Positions 29,857 through 39,731 of a stretch of DNA of 64,000 nucleotides are shown here, one piece after another. The stretch is from a virus. Lineage: Duplodnaviria; Caudoviricetes. A model generated the notes under the pieces. That model saw nothing but the letters and a program-made list of their open reading frames with translations, was not told the DNA's origin and made no database searches. The translations under genes were made by a program, and so were the position numbers. Where the stretch lies: the IMG/VR virus record IMGVR_UViG_3300020037_009644, positions 1 to 64,000 of that record; one strand, given 5' to 3'. How positions within the stretch are numbered: position 1 is the stretch's first letter; each line of letters begins with the position of its first letter.

Positions 29857-30048
29857 TCAGTCTTCTTCAGATATCTCGTTCATCAGCTGCGCTGGAGAAG
29901 AAACCTTCCCAAGGTAGGCGCTGATTCTCTCTAGAACGGGCAGCTCGATGGGGATCTTGACCACGGAATTTTTCTTATTGGTCGTCTCGACCGTGCAAAT
30001 TAAAAATCCTCCACCATTTTTATATTCGATTCCAGAAATAATAATCAT
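29857..30048 (-). CDS. Hypothetical protein
   Basis: 63 aa, ATGA overlap. Confidence 0.5.
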   Translation of the reverse strand: MIIISGIEYKNGGGFLICTVETTNKKNSVVKIPIELPVLERISAYLGKVSSPAQLMNEISEED

Positions 30049-30524
30049 AGAAATTTCTCAACGTCGATCTTGGATTCGTCAAGGTAGGCACAGATCGAAG
30101 CTGTTTTCATGAAACCTTTTCGGGCGCATTCCATTAAGAACTGCATTCCTCGTCTGGTTTTGAAGAAGTCTCGGACGACAGCCTTGAAACGATAAGCTTG
30201 AATCTCTCCGATTATTTCATCTTCTTGATAGAAAATCCATCGCTCGCCGTGTTTCTTGGTCATCGAATATTTTACCCTAGCGACGGGGTTTTCGATATAA
30301 TCTTCCTCTTTGAAAAGATCGTTGTCAGCCTTGGAAAGATGAAAGCCGGAAGAATCACCTCCTGACCCCTTGTCGTCGCTGCGGAAGGAAGAATAGCTTG
30401 AGTCGTCATTTGATGAATATTTGTTTTTCATAGGATTATTTTTTAGCAATTGAATCGATGACCGAGGTTCCGGAGACCGCCGCTCCGTAAATTCCGCGAA
30501 TTCTTCCTGCTTCCCCAGCAACAT
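30045..30524 (-). CDS. Hypothetical protein (start probably MKNKYS near 30431)
   Basis: N-terminal extension overlaps the upstream gene. Confidence 0.55.
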   Translation of the reverse strand: MLLGKQEEFAEFTERRSPEPRSSIQLLKNNPMKNKYSSNDDSSYSSFRSDDKGSGGDSSGFHLSKADNDLFKEEDYIENPVARVKYSMTKKHGERWIFYQEDEIIGEIQAYRFKAVVRDFFKTRRGMQFLMECARKGFMKTASICAYLDESKIDVEKFL

Positions 30525-31668
30525 AGAGACCGGATATTTCGGTCTCTAACGATGAATCGATAGAGATTTTTCCAGGCTCGCAGGAAATATAAGGGGTATG
30601 ATAGAAACCGTTGGAGATGATGTTGGGAATTAGCTCGCCCATCTCCTTAATAACCCCGGAGAGCCAGTCGTATTCTTTGATTAGATTGAGTTGGGTCCCG
30701 CCTTTGACGAATGATTTAACCTTTTCTTTAGCTACCCGATCGTTGTAAAGGAGATAGGTCAAGCAAGCCATTCTTTCAACTTCGGCAACTCCTTTTCCCG
30801 GAAAGGAACGATGCCCAATCAATCCGAAGGAAACCTTTTCAGATTCCCAACGATCCTCGTTGCTTCGAAACCCAGAACAAACCATATTGGCATGATCAAC
30901 AGGGATTACTGTTCCGTTCCAACAGAAGGGCGCGGTTGAGTAAGAATTATCTCTCTTGATCAATTGAAGAGAGCTTCCTTGAAAATCCTTGAGATATTGA
31001 CTTCCTATTTCGAAACGGACTCCGAATTTGGCAATGTCGTCTGAAATTTCCATACCCATTTCTTTATAGAAATCGTTGACCCATCGAAATCCGGTCCGAC
31101 CGACAGCGAGAACGACATTTTTGGCAATGAAATCTCCATTGTCCGAGCTAATTAAGAATTCATTTCCTTTTTTCTTTAGTATCTTGTTAACCTCATTCTC
31201 AAATGAGAAGATAACATTGGGATGCTGCTCGAAGATGGAAACGATAAACTTGGAAAATTTATGAACGTATTCTGGCTTCCATTGATAGTAGTCGTTGGTT
31301 AAATAATCACAACCAATTGAGTTAATCTTTGACTGAGCAGAGATATTGGGACCTCGATCGGAAATCAATTTCAATGGTCCAGAAGATTCCAACTGTTTGT
31401 CGACCCATTTGATTCCGGCGTTCAAAGATCTTCCATCAAATCCGAGATCTCGGAGACTGTCTAAATCCCGAAGATAAAGCTTTCCGTCGGAATTAGGAAA
31501 GACTCCAAGGGCTCCTTCAAGTTGACGGCGCCGTTTGCCGAATTCTTTACCGATGTCGAAGATGATGATTTTAGCATCGGTTCCAAATTTTTCAACGGCA
31601 CGGAGTGCGGCAAAACACCCTGCAACTCCGGCTCCAACAATGGCAATATCGAATTTTGATTTTTTCAT
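30436..31668 (-). CDS. FAD-dependent oxidoreductase (COG2509-like)
   Basis: IVGAGVAG, SDGKL, LAVGRTG, GVRFE, GLYVAGEAG..GIYGAAVSG. Confidence 0.85.
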   Translation of the reverse strand: MKKSKFDIAIVGAGVAGCFAALRAVEKFGTDAKIIIFDIGKEFGKRRRQLEGALGVFPNSDGKLYLRDLDSLRDLGFDGRSLNAGIKWVDKQLESSGPLKLISDRGPNISAQSKINSIGCDYLTNDYYQWKPEYVHKFSKFIVSIFEQHPNVIFSFENEVNKILKKKGNEFLISSDNGDFIAKNVVLAVGRTGFRWVNDFYKEMGMEISDDIAKFGVRFEIGSQYLKDFQGSSLQLIKRDNSYSTAPFCWNGTVIPVDHANMVCSGFRSNEDRWESEKVSFGLIGHRSFPGKGVAEVERMACLTYLLYNDRVAKEKVKSFVKGGTQLNLIKEYDWLSGVIKEMGELIPNIISNGFYHTPYISCEPGKISIDSSLETEISGLYVAGEAGRIRGIYGAAVSGTSVIDSIAKK

Positions 31669-31785
31669 AGAAATGAGGCTGTGGTCCTTATTTTAAAGAT
31701 TCACAGCCTCTATAACACAAAGCTTGAGAAAAGGAAATTATTTAGCGTTTTGGCAGTGAAAAATTCTATGCAAATGTTTATTTTT

Positions 31786-32355
31786 TTAAATCTGAAAATT
31801 AGCTATACCCAACCAATTTCCGTCTTTGGTTCCCAAATTTTGGGCGTTTAAAACTGATCTCAATATTGGCGTAATATTTTTATTCAACATATCTATAAGA
31901 ATTGGATATCCCATGGATTCACAATCAGAAACGGCGCTGACAACTCCACCATTTATTGATACGCCAATATGAATTTGTCCATTACCAAAAGAATTAGCCT
32001 CAGAAAGAGGTGTTTTTTGTGGTTTTTTTCCTTCATCCTCAGCCTTTTTGAAAGCGTCTTTAGCCGCTTCGACAGCATTGTCATAAGACGCCACTGTATC
32101 ATAAACAATATTTGCATTTTTGTTATTTGGATCTAAATTTCCTTGATTATCCATGATACCTAGCGTTTTATTTTTCGCCAATACACCCCAAACTACAGGC
32201 TTTGTACTAATGCCCTGTACAGTGGGGGCATCTTGAGCTAATTTTAAATAACGAGTTGGTGAACCTCCGTCGGCTATTTTGTGAGCCAAAGAAGCATACT
32301 TAACCGAAAGATTGAAAATTTCTTGGGCTGATGGAGATTTAAAGGTAGATACCAT
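31786..32355 (-). CDS. Hypothetical protein, possibly virion-associated
   Basis: Next to tail-fibre-like genes; preceded by GACATT-N5-ATG. Confidence 0.55.
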   Translation of the reverse strand: MVSTFKSPSAQEIFNLSVKYASLAHKIADGGSPTRYLKLAQDAPTVQGISTKPVVWGVLAKNKTLGIMDNQGNLDPNNKNANIVYDTVASYDNAVEAAKDAFKKAEDEGKKPQKTPLSEANSFGNGQIHIGVSINGGVVSAVSDCESMGYPILIDMLNKNITPILRSVLNAQNLGTKDGNWLGIANFQI

Positions 32356-32369
32356 ATGTTAATGTCTGA

Positions 32370-33899
32370 TTATGTCCAAAGATTGGTAAATTCGGTTTCT
32401 ACAGTAACGCATTCCCCATCTGTCCAAGTAGCACCATCAGCAATTAAGATGTGTCTAACATTCATATTAGTTCCAAATCCATTTTGACTTCCGTCTGTGG
32501 CGTCTATTAAACACGCTAGACCAGAAGTATCAAATTCATTAAATGTCGTAAATGCAGTTGTGTCAGATGTTACACCATTAACTCCATCAGACCTAATTAA
32601 CATTCTTGTCGCATCAGTTCTAAAAATTAAAGTATGCCAAGCATCTTTTGTAACATCCATATCTGCTTCAACATTTGTTGCAGCATCATCAGTTAAATTA
32701 AATCGAATTGGAATATTTCCACCAGATTGAGTTCCTGTCGAAATCTCAAGTATTGTTGCGGTGTTATCAAATCCAGGAAAACATTGGGTACATGTCAATA
32801 TGGTAATGTTATTACTTGCGGGAACGTAAATTCGAATAGCGATAGAAAAAATTCCACTGGTAATTATTGGACTTGGTCCAAACATTCTTCTAACTGTGGG
32901 GGTGGAATTAAATTGAATAGCTGGAAACCCGTCACCTAAATCAGATGTATATTCACCAGGAAGAACTGTTCCTTGAAATAAATTAGCGTCTCTTTGGAAG
33001 GCTATAAAATCTTTATAGCTTCTTTGATCTCTCCAACGAGAAACAGAAGTTCCGTGTTCCACGCCTTCATCAACTCTTAATTCACTTGTACAACCTAATC
33101 CGGCAAATGGATCAACGGCTGAAGTTGTTATAGGTTGAGGCTCCCATCGAGAATTAGAGGTTGAATATGTAAGCACATATCCATCTGCTGGAGTTTCATC
33201 TAAAATATCTATGTTTTGAATTTTTGTAACAGTTATAGATGAAGCCGTTCCAGAAATATCTCCATCCAATTTAATAGTTCCAAATTCACTTAAGGTTGCA
33301 TTTGGAACTGAACCCGGTTCCCACATGCTACCAAGATTGTTGTATGTCAAAAATTCGCCATCACTAGGGGAAACGGCAGATATATCAACATTTTGAATTT
33401 TTATAACCGTAGCATCACTAGCGATTCCAGATAAATCACCACCAAGAGTTAGAGGGTAGGGTATCCATTGATTTAGAGAAGAATCGTATGTTAGGACGTA
33501 GCCATCGGTGGGGGTGGAATTAGATATCTCTAAACCACGAAGACGAAAAACTGTCGCAGCAGCAACGGTCCCACTTAAATCGCCCCCAACATTAACTTCT
33601 CCATTGATGATATCCGTTATTTGAGTATCAATAATATTAATTTCGGTATTGATATCCGTTATTTCGTTATTGATATTAACAAGTTCAGTATTAACATCAG
33701 CAATGTCGACATCGACTGAATTCAATCTATCTTTAACCGAGCCAAAAGTTCCTGACGGTTTGACTCCTAACTCTTGTTCAATAGCAAGAATAGCAGAGCG
33801 TTGAGCATTAGGAACGGCGGCAACGACCTCACTTTGGAGGTCGATTATTATTGGAAGTTGTTGGATGCCATCTATTTCATTAGGGTATTTTGTTGTCAT
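32370..33899 (-). CDS. Tail-fibre/receptor-binding-like protein
   Basis: Three GD[LI]SG...V.++....I....P.DG..LTY.....W.P repeats; beta-rich C-terminal domain; N-terminus shared with 38261..39463. Confidence 0.65.
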   Translation of the reverse strand: MTTKYPNEIDGIQQLPIIIDLQSEVVAAVPNAQRSAILAIEQELGVKPSGTFGSVKDRLNSVDVDIADVNTELVNINNEITDINTEINIIDTQITDIINGEVNVGGDLSGTVAAATVFRLRGLEISNSTPTDGYVLTYDSSLNQWIPYPLTLGGDLSGIASDATVIKIQNVDISAVSPSDGEFLTYNNLGSMWEPGSVPNATLSEFGTIKLDGDISGTASSITVTKIQNIDILDETPADGYVLTYSTSNSRWEPQPITTSAVDPFAGLGCTSELRVDEGVEHGTSVSRWRDQRSYKDFIAFQRDANLFQGTVLPGEYTSDLGDGFPAIQFNSTPTVRRMFGPSPIITSGIFSIAIRIYVPASNNITILTCTQCFPGFDNTATILEISTGTQSGGNIPIRFNLTDDAATNVEADMDVTKDAWHTLIFRTDATRMLIRSDGVNGVTSDTTAFTTFNEFDTSGLACLIDATDGSQNGFGTNMNVRHILIADGATWTDGECVTVETEFTNLWT

Positions 33900-35256
33900 T
33901 TAATTTTCCTAGAATTGGTCTTACAAAACATTTTTTAGCTTTATTCCACTCAGATTCCCAAATAGAAATAACAATCCAACCATGAGCTTCTAAATATGCT
34001 TTTTTGTTAAGAGTTGCGGTATATAATTCACCAAATGTTACTTTAAATTTATCATGGATATCTGTGCTTTTATAATATTTGGGGTTTCCATGAACACGGT
34101 CTCCATTATATTCAATAATTAATTTGTGTTGATGATCAACATAATCAGGAAAAAATACTCTTTCATTTACTATTATTCTATTGTTTCTTTTTTCAAGTGG
34201 AATACTTAAAAAATCTAATAATTCTGTTTCGCCTTTAGAAACACATAAAGAGCAAAATGGACAATTACTACCTTTACCAATTCGACTGCTGGGTGATGCC
34301 ATAAAAGTATGATTTTTATTTTTTAAGCACTTCCATTTAATTTTAATTACACTACCATATGTTAATTCATTTAATTTAATTGAATTATCTTCAGACCACT
34401 CTTTTAATAAAAAAGGATGTGTAATAGCTAATGAATTATTTTTTAAATATTCTACCCTCTCACATTGTGAGCAACACATTTTTTCTTTTTTATAACTATT
34501 AAGCGTTACTTGCCAAGAATGATTGTTGTTACATTTCCACCAAAGCTTTCTAAATGAGCCTCTGCTTACGAATTCAGGATTAATATTATTTTTTTCATAA
34601 TCCCAAAAATTTAAAAATTGTGGATGACTAGTTATAATTGAATTACAAAAATGACATGAAATTTTAACAATATTTTTAGGTTCTTTTTGCCACTCGTGAT
34701 TATGATTTATTGGACATCTTAACCAAATAGGTTTGCTCGCTTTTCTTGCAATATTATTTATTCCTACGATATTTTTAGTTGGATGCCAAAAATTTAATAT
34801 TTCTGGATAAACAACGCTAATACAATTAGTTTCATTTATTTTAATATTATTACAATAAGGACAGGAACCTTTATTACACCAATTAGCTGGCTGTTGTTGC
34901 CACTCATGTAATGGATTTATAGGACATATCCACCAAATAAAATGTGAAAGTGATTTATGTGTGATATCATCAAAATTAATATGACTATTTTTAGTCGGAT
35001 GAATAAAAGGTATAATTTCCGGATTTGTTTCTAAAATAGAAGAACAATATTTACAACTAATTCTACCTTTATTTCCACTAATATTATTTGCATTTAAAAG
35101 AATATCATGCTTATTGTTAATACAACGAAACCAATAACGACGCTCATTATATTGAGATATAGAATGCGGATCAGCTGGGTTATTTTTAACTACAGACCAA
35201 TATTGTAATAGATGTGGATAAATTTCAAAGAAAGATTTTTCTCCGCGAGTGCTCAT
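33880..35256 (-). CDS. Zinc-ribbon-repeat (DUF4379-like) endonuclease with Vsr/PD-(D/E)xK-type C-terminal domain; putative homing endonuclease
   Basis: Repeated WHP.KN...WW.C....H.W...CxxC; PD, IIEYNGDRVHGNP, IWESEW; very AT-rich. Confidence 0.8.
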   Translation of the reverse strand: MSTRGEKSFFEIYPHLLQYWSVVKNNPADPHSISQYNERRYWFRCINNKHDILLNANNISGNKGRISCKYCSSILETNPEIIPFIHPTKNSHINFDDITHKSLSHFIWWICPINPLHEWQQQPANWCNKGSCPYCNNIKINETNCISVVYPEILNFWHPTKNIVGINNIARKASKPIWLRCPINHNHEWQKEPKNIVKISCHFCNSIITSHPQFLNFWDYEKNNINPEFVSRGSFRKLWWKCNNNHSWQVTLNSYKKEKMCCSQCERVEYLKNNSLAITHPFLLKEWSEDNSIKLNELTYGSVIKIKWKCLKNKNHTFMASPSSRIGKGSNCPFCSLCVSKGETELLDFLSIPLEKRNNRIIVNERVFFPDYVDHQHKLIIEYNGDRVHGNPKYYKSTDIHDKFKVTFGELYTATLNKKAYLEAHGWIVISIWESEWNKAKKCFVRPILGKLNDNKIP

Positions 35257-35594
35257 GAAATCCAGCTTGCAACTAAACTGGTCCCTGACAAAGAGTGACC
35301 CGAGGGTGGAATTGTTCCGTCGAAGTCAGTAGTCACCCAAGTTTCATAAACAGACCCAACCGCATAATAACCTCTAAATTTTCTATAAAGATGAGTTGGA
35401 GAAGTTGGGGGAATAGTTACTTCGCTTGTAGCCAAAGATAGTTGATCTACAGTTTGTATAGATGATTCTAAAACAGAATTTGAAGATACTAATTCTGTTT
35501 TACCAGTATCCTTAGGAATAATACCATCGGTAGGTGATACTAACTCAGTAAAAAGTCCAGAGAATGATGACTGACCCAATTCAGTTGACGCCAT
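35253..35594 (-). CDS. Hypothetical protein (S/T-rich)
   Basis: 113 aa; preceded by AGTATT-N5-ATG. Confidence 0.55.
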   Translation of the reverse strand: MASTELGQSSFSGLFTELVSPTDGIIPKDTGKTELVSSNSVLESSIQTVDQLSLATSEVTIPPTSPTHLYRKFRGYYAVGSVYETWVTTDFDGTIPPSGHSLSGTSLVASWIS

Positions 35595-35650
35595 AAAATA
35601 ATACTAAATTATAGGCACGGTATTTACCTTCCATATTTTGGAATGCTACT

Positions 35651-37072
35651 ATGGCTAACGTACATTTTCCTAATTTTACTCTTCAAAGCGCCAATCATGC
35701 ATTTTCGGCAATTTGGAAACTAACCAGAGCTTTAAAAAAAGCGGGTTGGACTGTTCAGGCGAGCTCTGATGGAGCATCTAAAGATACCTCAGCTGTTGCC
35801 GCAAACGATAAGTGGGGTGGAGATGCTGATCCAGCCAATGATACATATGTTACAACTAATTTAGATGCTACCTATTCATCAACCACTGGTCCGTGGATTG
35901 TTTTATCAACTCCTACCACATCTAAAATTCCTTTTTCGGCAGCTTCGACTGGAACATTTCTTCGAGGAGAAAAAATTACACAAGCAACTTCAGGTGCAGA
36001 AGGTGAACTTGTTGGATATGATTTTGATGCAGTTTCAGTTGGTCATTTAGTTATTATTCCGAGGACTGGAACGTTTGATAACACAAATGTTATTACCGGA
36101 GTTTCTTCTGGAGCCACATTAACTCCATCTGGAACCATTGTTAACTTTGTACGAGAGGTTTGTTTTTGGAAAAGTGGTGTCTCGGGCGCCAACAATGCAT
36201 TCAACGGTTCTATTTATATACAAACAGTTGACGTTTCATCAGAAAATACTTCTAGATTTTCATATTTAGCGGTAAACTCGGCGGGTTGTACAGCCACAGT
36301 CTGCCCTGGGGGAGGGGGTACAGCTAATGGTATTCCGTCTTTAGGTACTTATGTAATGTTGGGAACCACAACGGGTGGAACATCACCTACAATAACACAC
36401 TCTACATGGCTTGGAATGACAACATCGACTTTTGGAAGAGCTCAAATTACAGCTACCAATGCTATACCGGCTGCAAACGTTTCTCCAGATCTTACTTGGT
36501 GGATTGTAATGGGAGACACAACTTCAGCTATTGGTGCCCAAATGATTGGTCACTTTAGATGTGATAATTCTGAAGACGGTGATTTGGATCCATTTGTAAC
36601 ATATATTACGGCTGTCGGCGGAACAACTACAAGAATTGCGGCACCGGCGGGCAGTTTAACGACCGCGCCGGCGAATTTTTTCCCAAATATAACGGGATCA
36701 TCATTTTATGGATGGAAGGGTTGGCGTCGGCGCGGATTTTCAACAGGAGACGCATACACAGGTTTATGTACCGCGTTGTTGGGCTTTTCAACGGGAGGCA
36801 CGGGGGTTATGACAAACAATCCCGCGGTAGCAGAAAGCATTGCTTGTTCCAATACGACTAAAAGACTTCGTGATAAAGTATGGATTTTGAGTATTGATAA
36901 TACTTTGAAAATAAGAAAAGGAACGCCACGATGGATAGATGTGTGTCAAAGCGGAGCGCCAATGGATACTTTGGATACAAAATTAAGATTGTGTTTTATT
37001 GGATTTGCGGGCTCTTATCCTAGTGTTTATATTGGACCGTTTGACGGATCGACAATTCCACTACAATCATGA
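35651..37072 (+). CDS. Putative virion structural/tail protein
   Basis: 473 aa rich in G/T/A/S; F..GE.ITQ..SGA.G repeat-like segments. Confidence 0.6.
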   Translation: MANVHFPNFTLQSANHAFSAIWKLTRALKKAGWTVQASSDGASKDTSAVAANDKWGGDADPANDTYVTTNLDATYSSTTGPWIVLSTPTTSKIPFSAASTGTFLRGEKITQATSGAEGELVGYDFDAVSVGHLVIIPRTGTFDNTNVITGVSSGATLTPSGTIVNFVREVCFWKSGVSGANNAFNGSIYIQTVDVSSENTSRFSYLAVNSAGCTATVCPGGGGTANGIPSLGTYVMLGTTTGGTSPTITHSTWLGMTTSTFGRAQITATNAIPAANVSPDLTWWIVMGDTTSAIGAQMIGHFRCDNSEDGDLDPFVTYITAVGGTTTRIAAPAGSLTTAPANFFPNITGSSFYGWKGWRRRGFSTGDAYTGLCTALLGFSTGGTGVMTNNPAVAESIACSNTTKRLRDKVWILSIDNTLKIRKGTPRWIDVCQSGAPMDTLDTKLRLCFIGFAGSYPSVYIGPFDGSTIPLQS

Positions 37073-38238
37073 TCAATATAGTAATTTTTTTACTTTATTC
37101 CATTCATGTTCCCATATGAATATTACAGTCCAACCATTCTTTTCTAAGAATTCTTTTCTTTCAAATGTTTGACTGTATATTTCACCATATGTTTTTCCTG
37201 AACCAATTTTGTCATTAGGATTAAAATAATCTGGATTTCCGTGCCATTTATCACCATTATATTCAATGATTAATTTATGTTCTTTCCACATAAAATCTGG
37301 ATAGAATATTCTATTGTTAATGATAAGTGATTTATTCCTCACACCATTTTCTCCAACTAAAAAATCTAAACAAGATTTTTCTCCCTTAGATATTCTTTTA
37401 GAACAAAGTGGACATCCAGTTGGGTCTTCCCTGGTTTTATGTTTGAGTGATGTTATATAAGTATGTTCATCATGTTTAAGACATTGCCATTTAAATTTTT
37501 TATTTGAGCCATAAGTAACATCATTGAGAGTAGTTTTATTATCTGGATGCCATTCTTCCAATAAATAAGGGTGGGTTGCGGCAGCACAATTATTTGAATC
37601 AACTTTTTCATTTAAACAAATTGGACATCTAGTGTGCGTATTTTTAATTTTGCGGGTGGAATTATTAGCTGAACGTGACCATTTATGATTATATTTGCAT
37701 TTCCAGTTGATGATTTTTTCACCACGAGCCCCTATATCTTTTGGCAGAAAAGAATTGCTTTCATAATCCCATTCGTGTAATAATTCCGGAAATTTAGATT
37801 CAAAAGTTTGTGAATAATTAAAGCATGGTTTCTTATCTTCACAAATAAGACATTTGGTTTTACCACCTCGACGGAATATTACCTTAGGAGATCTTATCCA
37901 TTCATGTGTTATATCAAACTTGCATCTAAACCAAATTTTAATATTACTACCATTTGATATATTAAACGGATCTATGTTAATATTTTTACTTGGATGCCAG
38001 TATGACATTAATTCTTTATTACTTCCAATATTATTACAAAACGGACACTCCATAATAAAATCGTCTTTTTGATTAATTAAACACTTTTCCCATTCGTGGG
38101 TAGGATTATTTAAACATCTCCACCAAAATTTACCCGTACTCTTACGAGAAAATTTATTTGGATCTTTATGATTTTTCGGACTCCAATATTAAATAGGTCT
38201 GGGTGAGTTATTTTAAAGCTGATTCTGTTACGCGCCAT
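37073..38238 (-). pseudogene. Second zinc-ribbon-repeat Vsr-like endonuclease, with a 1-nt frameshift near 38190
   Basis: ATG 38238 (MARNRISFKITHPDL) is out of frame with YWSPKN...WWRC...HEW, which runs into ORF 37073..38053; C-terminal IIEYNGDKWHGNP/IWEHEW. Confidence 0.7.
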
Positions 38239-38260
38239 AATGTTGATATATAACTCAAGT

Positions 38261-39463
38261 TCAGCTCCACTCAACTAATAATTCCGCAAAATCTAAATTA
38301 ACACGATCACTAATATTTCCAACGCCCATATTCATTTGAACCTGATAAACCGCCAGTCCAGAACTCAAATTAGAATATAAATCTCCGGTTGTCAAAGTAA
38401 CAGGATCTGCACTGGAAGTAGATAGCGCAGATCCTGTTACGACTGCTGCTGTTGTCAAGTTATACAGTTGAATAGAACAAAGTGGTCCGGTAGTCTCTGC
38501 TACTACTCTGAGTTTTATAGTTTTAGAATTTGAAGATGATAATAAACTTCTATCTAATATTAATGTTCCGCCAACAACAAATGTTATACTAGATGAATTT
38601 GTTATTCCGGCAAAAAATAACAGAGATAATTGATTAATATGATTACCGCCATTAAGAACAGGAAGAACTCCAAAAACATAATTGGCTCCGCCTGCTAAAT
38701 TCAAAGCAGAATAAGAAAGTGCAGAAACGCCGGAAACATATAAACCATTACCAGTAACGAGTGCTCCGGCTGAGGGAATTGTAGCACCATTAGCTTTAGC
38801 GACAACAGAAACCGCTGTAGTTCCGGTAACATCTCCCGTCATAGTTTGTGAGGCTTGGTTTGCTGATGGCAAAATTCCTGTTACATAATTAGCCCCACCA
38901 GCTAAATTCAATGATGAATACGAAAGAGCTGATGCTCCAGTAACATATAATCCATTGCCAGTCGTTAAGGATCCTGAAGCCGGAACTGTTGCGCCTCTAA
39001 CTTTAAGCACAGAAGGTGCCGAAGAAGTTCCTCCCAAATCTCCAGCAAGTTGAATAGTTCCCAAAGAAATTGTTGTTGCCGGATCTGTTGAGACTCTAGC
39101 TGGAATCCACATGTCAGATGATAACTCATAAACTAATGAATAACCATCTAAAGGGGTTGTTGATGAAACCTCTATTCCTTGAATTCCTGAAACTTTCGGG
39201 TTTGGATAGGTAGAACTTAAATCACCTCCGGCATTTCCCTGCGGTATTACTCCGACTTGGATCAAAGAAATGGTCTCATCGACACCATCTAACCTATCTT
39301 TAACCGTTCCATATGTTCCAGATGGTTTGACCCCAAGTTCTCCCTCAATTGCAACCGTTGCCGAACGAATATTGTTGACGACGACGGATCTAATCTCGGT
39401 AACTAAATCCGTACTGAGTGGTAGGGAAATAGAATTATCTAAACTGTTTGGGTAATTTGACAT
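38261..39463 (-). CDS. Tail-fibre-like protein, paralog of 32370..33899
   Basis: Shared YPN..D....LP...RSA..AIE.ELGVKPSGT+G+VKDRL; internal duplication TGNGLYV.G.SALSYS.LNLAGGANYV.G+LP. Confidence 0.65.
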   Translation of the reverse strand: MSNYPNSLDNSISLPLSTDLVTEIRSVVVNNIRSATVAIEGELGVKPSGTYGTVKDRLDGVDETISLIQVGVIPQGNAGGDLSSTYPNPKVSGIQGIEVSSTTPLDGYSLVYELSSDMWIPARVSTDPATTISLGTIQLAGDLGGTSSAPSVLKVRGATVPASGSLTTGNGLYVTGASALSYSSLNLAGGANYVTGILPSANQASQTMTGDVTGTTAVSVVAKANGATIPSAGALVTGNGLYVSGVSALSYSALNLAGGANYVFGVLPVLNGGNHINQLSLLFFAGITNSSSITFVVGGTLILDRSLLSSSNSKTIKLRVVAETTGPLCSIQLYNLTTAAVVTGSALSTSSADPVTLTTGDLYSNLSSGLAVYQVQMNMGVGNISDRVNLDFAELLVEWS

Positions 39464-39469
39464 ATAACC

Positions 39470-39583
39470 CTATGTCTTTATTTGCTTTAATTGTTTTTTA
39501 ACTTTTTCCCACTCATGCTCCCAAATTGTAATTACAATATAGCCATGATCTTCTAAGAATTTTTTCTTATCTAGTTTTGACAT
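39470..39583 (-). pseudogene. 37-aa remnant of a third Vsr-like endonuclease (extreme C-terminus only)
   Basis: MSKLDKKKFLEDHGYIVITIWEHEWEKVKKQLKQIKT aligns with the C-termini of the two neighbouring endonucleases. Confidence 0.75.
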
Positions 39584-39634
39584 TTTTATTTCCTGAATAA
39601 ATGCAAAAATAGAGAATGGTCTGGAATTTTGGAC

Positions 39635-39673
39635 AAAAAGAAATCCCCAGAGAGATTAACCCTCTGGGGATTT
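39635..39673 (-). terminator. Rho-independent terminator of the DUF2828 operon
   Basis: AAAUCCCCAGAG...CUCUGGGGAUUU stem followed by CUUUUU on the minus strand. Confidence 0.8.
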
Positions 39674-39677
39674 CGGC

Positions 39678-39722
39678 GGAACGCTTTTTCTAAGCTAAGA
39701 TTGTATTTGCGGTATACGTTCC
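39678..39722 (-). ncRNA. C[A/C]GCAAA-loop hairpin, 3' UTR copy
   Basis: GGAACGU-AUACCGCAAAUACAAUCUUAGCUUAGAAAAA-GCGUUCC. Confidence 0.7.
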
Positions 39723-39731
39723 AAACTTCAG

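Noticed and set aside
30436-31668. FAD oxidoreductase as NadB partner for NadA
   Set aside because: Its motifs fit the COG2509-like family, not L-aspartate oxidase.
32370-39463. Diversity-generating retroelement acting on tail-fibre genes
   Set aside because: No reverse transcriptase and no template/variable repeat pair with adenine-specific mismatches was seen.
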